30,651 bases of DNA, from positions 1 through 30,651 of the IMG/VR virus record IMGVR_UViG_3300032255_000015; one strand, 5' to 3'. This document shows, in pieces, positions 24,981-30,651 of this stretch; within the stretch, counting starts at the first letter, position 1; every line of letters begins with the position of its first letter. Source of the stretch: a virus (taxonomy: Duplodnaviria > Caudoviricetes). Both the position numbers and the translations under genes were made by a program. The notes beneath the pieces were generated by a model, which was given only the letters and a program-made list of their open reading frames with translations, was not told the DNA's origin and searched no databases.

Positions 24981-26470
24981 TCTATCTTCTCTCCCTGGCC
25001 ATGGCCCAGACCCCCACCGTTCCCTTCACTGTCCTCCGCCCCGAGTGGTGGGGCGCAGTCGCGGACGATGGGCAGGACGACTACCCCGGCTTCAAGGCCA
25101 TGGTCACAGTCGCCAACGCACTTGGCAAGGACGTAATCGTCCAGCTCCAGCCGGGCGAGTACCAGATCGACCAGTACCGACGACAGGACGACCCGGACAG
25201 CCCCGATCAGCTCCGTTTCGAGTCGATTCAGGGACTCTCCGTCGAGGGCAATGGCGCAACGATTCGTAGCTTCGGAGCATACCATCGTCGGGCCGGGGTC
25301 AAATATCCAAGCAAGAGCCCGGATAACTCGATCAGCCTGCTCACCTTCTCTCGCGTCACCTCCCTCCGGGTCAGCGACATCACGGTGCTAGGCGGCGTGC
25401 AGGACATGACGCGAGACTCCGGCGTGGCAGAAAACGGAGGCAATAACGGCGTTTCTCTGTCCTCTGTCATCGGAGCAGTGATCACCGATGTCGAATCCTC
25501 CTACTGGGCGGCGGATGGCTTCTACTTCGGCGCTGGCTCCAAGGTGGCTGGCGTCTACACCGCCTCGAGGGACATCCAGATGCGGCGTATCAAGGCATGG
25601 CACAATCGCAGGCAGGGTATGAGCATCATCCAGGCGGCAGGCGTGCTCTGCGAGGATTGCGATCTCTCCTACACCGGCTCGGATATGCCCTACGGCGCGC
25701 ACAATCCGCGCGCCGGGGTAGACATCGAGCCTCATCGCCGCGAGTGCGGGCACCCAGCGCTAGCAGAGGGGGATGTATGCGTCGATGTCATCACCGGGGG
25801 GATCACATTCATCCGGCCAGTTCTCAAGCAAAACAAGGGTTTCTGCTTCGTTTCCGAGGACACCAACAAGGTCGACGACGTGACGATCAAGGACATCTTC
25901 TGCGAGGTCGACCCGACTACCAATGGGGGCTCGGGGATGCTGGTATCGGTCCGCAACGGGCTGGTAGACGGCGGCCACGTCGACCTGGCCCGTCGTAAGT
26001 GGTACCTCACCTTCAGAAATGACTTCAAATACTTCGCATCCAACACCGTGATCCGTGACGTCGACATTACAGGGTCGGGATTCAATCTGTACTATGGACC
26101 CACGGCCTACCTGACAAAGACAGTCGCGCTGGAGAATGTCGACTACACAGCAAAGGTCGATGGCGCACCGTGGCCAAGCTACCTTATCTCAATCGGCGAA
26201 GGCCCATTCTCGTGGACTGGTGGGACGATCACAATCCCCGCAGACGGCCACGACCTCAAGAGCTACGACTACATAGCCAAGCTGCGCGGGGACTGGACAG
26301 ACGTGACTTTCACGACTGACCTGGACCCCGATTCTGGGCTCTGGTATTCGCTTTCTGCCGGTGCCGCGAGCCTTTGCCGAGTGTCAATGGCTGGTCCTCC
26401 AGGCGGCATCAACGTGGGGACCAGGCTACGTAAGGCTCCGGTGCTCTACTCCGACGGGTGCGCGCCGTGA
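24977..26470 (+). CDS. right-handed parallel beta-helix (pectate-lyase-like) protein, putative polysaccharide depolymerase (497 aa)
   Basis: WGAVADDGQDDY...LQPGEY, DGFYF, NRRQGMSI and AGVDIEP motifs; AGGAG RBS, ATGA overlap; N-terminus MIYLLSLAMAQ. Confidence 0.8.
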   Translation: MIYLLSLAMAQTPTVPFTVLRPEWWGAVADDGQDDYPGFKAMVTVANALGKDVIVQLQPGEYQIDQYRRQDDPDSPDQLRFESIQGLSVEGNGATIRSFGAYHRRAGVKYPSKSPDNSISLLTFSRVTSLRVSDITVLGGVQDMTRDSGVAENGGNNGVSLSSVIGAVITDVESSYWAADGFYFGAGSKVAGVYTASRDIQMRRIKAWHNRRQGMSIIQAAGVLCEDCDLSYTGSDMPYGAHNPRAGVDIEPHRRECGHPALAEGDVCVDVITGGITFIRPVLKQNKGFCFVSEDTNKVDDVTIKDIFCEVDPTTNGGSGMLVSVRNGLVDGGHVDLARRKWYLTFRNDFKYFASNTVIRDVDITGSGFNLYYGPTAYLTKTVALENVDYTAKVDGAPWPSYLISIGEGPFSWTGGTITIPADGHDLKSYDYIAKLRGDWTDVTFTTDLDPDSGLWYSLSAGAASLCRVSMAGPPGGINVGTRLRKAPVLYSDGCAP

Positions 26471-26579
26471 GCCCCCCTGACCTGGTCGCAACCGGCCCTT
26501 CATTCTGGCACTACTACGCGGGGATCAACAGGTCTTCGTTCGCGCTCGGCCAGCCCACACGCCACAATGGAGGCATGCC

Positions 26580-27038
26580 ATGTCCATGTCCCTCGATACC
26601 GCTGATTGGACTCGTCTCGCGGAGCTCGCGCGGCGCGCGGACTCCGACGATCTCGCCGACCGAGTGCTCGTATACCAAGCCAGCGACCCGCTGGTGCTCA
26701 CGATGAGAGACGTTGTGAGCGAGATCAAAGGGATGCGCGAGGAGACCCGGGAGGGCTTCGATCAGCTATCCAAGGAGATTCACGAGCTACGCTCAAGCAT
26801 CGAGGACACGTCGACGCCCGTGCCCAGCGATGGTACTTCCGCTGTCAACCAGTTCATTGGGGTCGTGAAAGACAACCCTCGCAATGCCGCTATTGTGCTG
26901 CTGCTCGCGTTGTCGATTTTCGTCGGCGGTCCCCAAACAGTGTCGAGGTTGCTCGACTACGCGATCGGCCTGGCCCCCAAGGAGCAGGTTGAGGTCGAGG
27001 TAAGACCTCCAGTGTTGACTCAAGAGCGCCGCGAATGA
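26580..27038 (+). CDS. coiled-coil membrane protein, holin candidate (152 aa)
   Basis: GGAGG RBS; heptad region then one hydrophobic helix (AAIVLLLALSIFVGG); start of the lysis region. Confidence 0.55.
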   Translation: MSMSLDTADWTRLAELARRADSDDLADRVLVYQASDPLVLTMRDVVSEIKGMREETREGFDQLSKEIHELRSSIEDTSTPVPSDGTSAVNQFIGVVKDNPRNAAIVLLLALSIFVGGPQTVSRLLDYAIGLAPKEQVEVEVRPPVLTQERRE

Positions 27039-27111
27039 GCGTGATCGATGCCAACGGCGCGGAAGGAGGCGATGCGCAGGTTCTTTCGTAGTTCTCGCGA
27101 AGTTCGCAGAT

Positions 27112-27173
27112 TATTTTGGCGTTTTTGTTGACGGATCCCGCACACCGATGTACCTTATTTGTGTCAGGGGGAG
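27112..27173 (+). promoter_or_regulatory. sigma70-like promoter P2
   Basis: TATTTT-N9-G-TTGACG (27128-27133)-17 nt-TACCTT (27151-27156)-N5-TGTCAGGGGGAG. Confidence 0.7.
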
Positions 27174-27202
27174 CTACCCACCACCCCCGAAGGAGAGACA
27201 CC

Positions 27203-27463
27203 ATGGGCGTCAACGAAGCCATCTGCCCTATCATCACCGTCACCGGCACCGACCTAGACGACCTCGACCCGAGTGATCTGCCTGAGGTCTACCATGCCTC
27301 GGGGACTGCCGGCGAGCCGTGGTCCGTCCACGTGGCACGCGGCCCAGACGGCTGTTGGGCCGTAGTCTATGAAGAGGAGCACGACCGGGACATCACCTGG
27401 TACGCCTCAGAGACCGAGGCGATCGCAGAGGCCGTGTGGATCGCGGATCTCATGCGGAGGTAG
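27203..27463 (+). CDS. small, strongly acidic hypothetical protein (86 aa)
   Basis: AAGGAG RBS; 18 Asp/Glu versus 4 Arg; first gene after P2. Confidence 0.75.
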   Translation: MGVNEAICPIITVTGTDLDDLDPSDLPEVYHASGTAGEPWSVHVARGPDGCWAVVYEEEHDRDITWYASETEAIAEAVWIADLMRR

Positions 27464-27567
27464 CCGAGGGCGGGGCCTGTACCGCCTGCACTGACCTGGA
27501 TGGACCGGGCCAGCCCGCCCGCTGCGATGATGCGGGATCCCCTGGGGATGGGGCGAGGAGAGACGAC

Positions 27568-27780
27568 ATGAGCATCCACACCACCGCAGCATCGGCGCTG
27601 CACGCGCATATCGGCGGGACCCAAACTGCCGTCGCCTCCCAGCTCGGAGAGCATCGCACGAGCTGGTGCCGGTATCTCGCGGGGAGTGTCCACCCGAGTG
27701 GAAAACGCGTCCGCCGATGGGCGGAGGCCGCTGGAGTGCGACTTGCCGTCGGTGCCGACGGGTGGGAGGTGCTGTCATGA
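27568..27780 (+). CDS. XRE-like helix-turn-helix protein (70 aa)
   Basis: GAGGAG RBS; GTQTAVASQLGEHRTSWCRYLAGSVHPSGKRVRRWAEAAGV. Confidence 0.75.
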   Translation: MSIHTTAASALHAHIGGTQTAVASQLGEHRTSWCRYLAGSVHPSGKRVRRWAEAAGVRLAVGADGWEVLS

Positions 27781-27881
27781 GCGGGGTGTCTGTACGTCGG
27801 CGACCGGATGAGGCTGCTGATATCGTCCCCACTGCGGACCGCGCTGGCTACTGGTGCGCAGCCAAGAGGCTGTGGTCGTGA
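27777..27881 (+). CDS. 34-aa hypothetical peptide
   Basis: GGAGG RBS; ATGA overlap upstream and GTGA overlap with the amidase. Confidence 0.4.
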   Translation: MSGVSVRRRPDEAADIVPTADRAGYWCAAKRLWS

Positions 27882-28435
27882 GGGTTGCGCTGGTCGTCGG
27901 CCATCGAGAGCACGCGCAGGGTGCGACGGCTGTGGACGGCGGGCAAGAGTGGGCCTTCAACCGGGTTCTCGCCGATCAGACGGCGGCGGCCATGACCGCG
28001 CTCGGACACGATGTCCGGGTATTCCTCCGGCCTGACATCGCTGGGTACACGACGGCCATGCGGAGGCTCATTGAGAGGGTCAACGGGTACGAGCCGGACC
28101 TGGTGATCTCGATGCACTACAACGCGGCGCCGAATCCGCAGAAAGGCCAATGGCACGGCACCGAGGCGCTCTACTGGCCGTCGTCTCGGGCCGGGAAGAT
28201 GTGGGCGACCCAGCTATCCGGGGCAGTGGCCCGGGCGCAGGGAACGTACAACAGAGGCCCCAAGGCGCGCTCGGAGTCGTGGGCGGGCTCGCCCCTGCTC
28301 ATCCTCCGCGACACAGATGCCCCGGCGGTCATCGTCGAGACGCACTTTGGCGACTACGCCTCCGACCACGCCCGCGCACTGGCCGCCCGCGACTCGGGCG
28401 CGACTGCCCAGGCCATCGCCTCGGTGCTGCCGTGA
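27878..28435 (+). CDS. endolysin, N-acetylmuramoyl-L-alanine amidase (Amidase_3 family, 185 aa)
   Basis: Zn ligands and catalytic Glu in VVGH, EWAFN, ISMHYNA and VIVETHF; also GTEALY. Confidence 0.9.
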   Translation: MRVALVVGHREHAQGATAVDGGQEWAFNRVLADQTAAAMTALGHDVRVFLRPDIAGYTTAMRRLIERVNGYEPDLVISMHYNAAPNPQKGQWHGTEALYWPSSRAGKMWATQLSGAVARAQGTYNRGPKARSESWAGSPLLILRDTDAPAVIVETHFGDYASDHARALAARDSGATAQAIASVLP

Positions 28436-28740
28436 GCGTACCGCGCTGGGTGCTCTGGGCCGCGCTGGTCGTGGTCGTGCTGCTGGCGGTAGCGCTCGTG
28501 CTCTCCACCGGGCCGACACCGTCGAGCCTGGCGGTGATGACCGCAGGTGCCGCGCTGGCAGAGGGGGCGAGGAGGTCGCGGGCCAGTGCCCGGGCCGACC
28601 TCGAGCAGCTCGCCGAGGAGGTCCAGGCTGACGCGAACACTCGAGCCGGAGTCGAGGCGGCGATGGCTGACGCGGGGGGCATCGACGAGGTGCCGCTCAA
28701 GGACCTCGTCGAGCAGGAGCACGAGCGGGGGCGGGGATGA
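28432..28740 (+). CDS. membrane protein with N-terminal TM and coiled coil; i-spanin or holin candidate (102 aa)
   Basis: GTGA overlap with the endolysin; WVLWAALVVVVLLAVALVLS followed by a helical charged domain. Confidence 0.6.
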   Translation: MSVPRWVLWAALVVVVLLAVALVLSTGPTPSSLAVMTAGAALAEGARRSRASARADLEQLAEEVQADANTRAGVEAAMADAGGIDEVPLKDLVEQEHERGRG

Positions 28741-29150
28741 CCTGTCCTCGGCTGGCTGCTGTCTCATTAGCAGTGTTTCTGTCCTGGACATCTGCGACCG
28801 CTGCGGAGGTGGTCGATGCCGGGGACGTGCTCGAGGTGCCCGGTCCGGCTGTGGTCCTCGACGAGCGCGCCTACCGCGACTACGTCCGCGACTCCCGCCG
28901 TGGCGATGCCTGTCGGGAGCAGCTCGGGCGGGTGCTTGATGACCTCGACGCCAGCCGAGAGCGGACGACTCGCGCGGTAGAGATCGCGCGGGCGCAGATG
29001 GACGTGGATGAGCAGGCCGCCGAGGATCTCCGCACCGCGCTCGAGCGGTCCGAGCGAAGCCGGGCGAGACTGGTGGGCCAGCGGTCGGTGCTGCTCGGGG
29101 TCGTCGCCGGGGTGGTGGCTGGGGCGTCTGTGGCGGTGCTGTCCCGGTAG
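28737..29150 (+). CDS. signal peptide + coiled coil + C-terminal TM protein; spanin-like candidate (137 aa)
   Basis: RLAAVSLAVFLSWTSATA|AE, a long heptad region, then VLLGVVAGVVAGASVAVL; no lipobox. Confidence 0.6.
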   Translation: MTCPRLAAVSLAVFLSWTSATAAEVVDAGDVLEVPGPAVVLDERAYRDYVRDSRRGDACREQLGRVLDDLDASRERTTRAVEIARAQMDVDEQAAEDLRTALERSERSRARLVGQRSVLLGVVAGVVAGASVAVLSR

Positions 29151-29512
29151 AGACGCGCAGACCACCAGCCACACGCCCTCACCCTCAGCTCATCTCCCAC
29201 GCCATCGCCGTGCTGCGGGTCGTCCGGCCACCCGACCGGCAGATACCACCCCCTCACCGACTCGATACCCACGTCGGCGAGCACCTCTAGCACCGCGTGC
29301 AGGGGCGCCGGCGCGTAGCGGAGTGAGCAGCGCAGACCGTCGACGTACAGCTCGGTGTCGCGGGTGTCGATGCCGAAATCGCGGCGCAATCGGTGGGAGA
29401 GCGAGGCCGTCTGTCGGCGGGAGATGCGAGGCCAGTCCAGGTGCAGGACCATGTGCTTCCACGGCCATGGCGTGTGGAGCCATGGCGGGGGATTGTCAAT
29501 GTCGACGATCAT
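28880..29512 (-). CDS. hypothetical protein (210 aa as read; C-terminal ~90 aa antisense to the last lysis gene)
   Basis: ATG 29512 in an ATGA overlap (MIVDIDNPPPW...); no stop until 28880. Confidence 0.55.
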   Translation of the reverse strand: MIVDIDNPPPWLHTPWPWKHMVLHLDWPRISRRQTASLSHRLRRDFGIDTRDTELYVDGLRCSLRYAPAPLHAVLEVLADVGIESVRGWYLPVGWPDDPQHGDGVGDELRVRACGWWSARLYRDSTATDAPATTPATTPSSTDRWPTSLARLRSDRSSAVRRSSAACSSTSICARAISTARVVRSRLASRSSSTRPSCSRQASPRRESRT

Positions 29513-30024
29513 CTGCGAGCCCTCTCCCGAGCCTGTTCGCACAGGCCAGGCCACGCAGCCTCGAGCGCATAGTGTACTTTCATCCGACCAGGGTAGTCTC
29601 CAGCCTCGATATACCTGAGTCTACCGTGGATTTCGTTGAACCAGGCCACAAGGCTCTGCTCATCATGTACGTCGTTGAGTAAGTACAGCGCGGCCATTGC
29701 GCCAATAGTATGCGGCGGCTCTACAGGGCCCCCCGCGGCAAAGAGCTCCCGTGCTGCCGACAGGCTCGCGTCCAAATCGAAGACCTGCGCTCCGAGCTTG
29801 TGGGCCGTGTAGTCGAGCCCACCATCGCGGCCGTCGAGTACCCACCGATACAGCGGTTCGTCTCCATCGCGATTGCCGGCTGGCCACCGGCAATAGTAGG
29901 CGTCGGAGTCGCAGATGAAGACCGCGAGCCCGTGGAGATCATCGTGGAAGATGGCGGTCACCGTTCCGTATGGCGTCCGCTCTCGGAATGCCACACCGGT
30001 TGACAGGTCGTGGTCAGCGCTCAT
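29509..30024 (-). CDS. hypothetical protein (171 aa)
   Basis: GGAGG RBS; overlaps both neighbours; globular composition. Confidence 0.75.
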   Translation of the reverse strand: MSADHDLSTGVAFRERTPYGTVTAIFHDDLHGLAVFICDSDAYYCRWPAGNRDGDEPLYRWVLDGRDGGLDYTAHKLGAQVFDLDASLSAARELFAAGGPVEPPHTIGAMAALYLLNDVHDEQSLVAWFNEIHGRLRYIEAGDYPGRMKVHYALEAAWPGLCEQARERARR

Positions 30025-30517
30025 TCATCCTCCCCAGCGCGTCCCACGCCGATTCTCCAGGTTCTGGCCGGACGATCACCGGCTCATCCGGCAGCCCCTC
30101 CGCGCCCTTGGCAGCGGCCCGCTCTCGCGTGATCCTCCAGCCCACTAGCCCCATCTCGAGCGCATCCTTGTAGGTGGGGCGCTCGCACACGATCTGCGTG
30201 AGGCTCCCCAGGCCGAGCGCGGCTGTGTAGGCGGTACGGGCCGGCTGGCCTGGCAGTAGATACGACCTGACGTGCTCACCGAACGATGTCGGCTCGATGC
30301 CGGCGATTTGGGCCAGGTCGAGTAAATGCTGTCCGGCCGTCGCGATCGGAAAGGTCCGCGAGAAGCCGCCCCACCCACACATTCGGCGATCGGACTCTCC
30401 GATGCGGCCGTCGATGAGCCGGTGGATCTCAGCGTCGACCATGACCCGGACGGTAGCTGGCTGGGGCGGGTACTCGACACGCCGGATGACGACGTGGGTG
30501 AGGCGCGAGTCAGTCAT
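30014..30517 (-). CDS. hypothetical protein (167 aa)
   Basis: ATG at 30517 (MTDSRLTHVVIRR...) overlaps the stop of the junction-spanning gene. Confidence 0.7.
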   Translation of the reverse strand: MTDSRLTHVVIRRVEYPPQPATVRVMVDAEIHRLIDGRIGESDRRMCGWGGFSRTFPIATAGQHLLDLAQIAGIEPTSFGEHVRSYLLPGQPARTAYTAALGLGSLTQIVCERPTYKDALEMGLVGWRITRERAAAKGAEGLPDEPVIVRPEPGESAWDALGRMNER

Positions 30518-30524
30518 TGGAGCC

Positions 30525-30651
30525 ATCCCCGAGCAGAAGCGATGCAGCTCGCCGATGCTCTCGCCACCACTTGTCGGCGGCCTTGATCGCGAGCGCGATG
30601 GCTTCATCGATCCCGATGCGCATGTCGGGCGTCAGCATCGGCCGGCCCTTG
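30525..30651 (+). repeat. 127-bp direct terminal repeat (right copy)
   Basis: Identical to 1-127. Confidence 0.95.

Noticed and set aside
26458-26706. 82-aa ORF after the beta-helix gene
   Set aside because: It overlaps the better-supported 26580 gene out of frame and has no recognisable features; at most a remnant.

Overview
This window looks like a complete, circularly assembled, GC-rich tailed phage genome (siphovirus-like) of 30,524 bp. Bases 1-127 recur exactly at 30525-30651, and one reading frame runs intact across that join. The left arm (minus strand) carries small acidic genes, a winged-helix regulator, a DEDD 3'-5' exonuclease and an ERF recombinase. A divergent promoter/palindrome switch at ~3530-3580 opens the right arm: Cro-like HTH, T5orf172-family protein, an initiator with internal iteron-like repeats, a DnaC/IstB-like loader, a truncated C5-methyltransferase, an N6-methyltransferase-like gene, RuvC and a dual-specificity-phosphatase-fold protein. 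Next come terminase, portal, scaffold, capsid, tail genes with a likely G/GT -1 frameshift, a beta-helix enzyme, and a lysis region interrupted by a self-promoted acidic-ORF/HTH cassette. I see no integrase, CI repressor, DNA polymerase, tRNA or CRISPR array. Most notable: (1) a phosphatase whose catalytic Cys is a Ser (STYX-like pseudophosphatase); (2) a 5' leader with perfectly complementary loops and a sequestered RBS; (3) two near-identical promoters in front of small acidic genes, one arranged like an acr-aca locus; (4) a beta-helix enzyme with a signal-peptide-like N-terminus; (5) a spanin-like pair with no lipobox. All functional calls come from motifs and gene order read by eye; no database searches were run.
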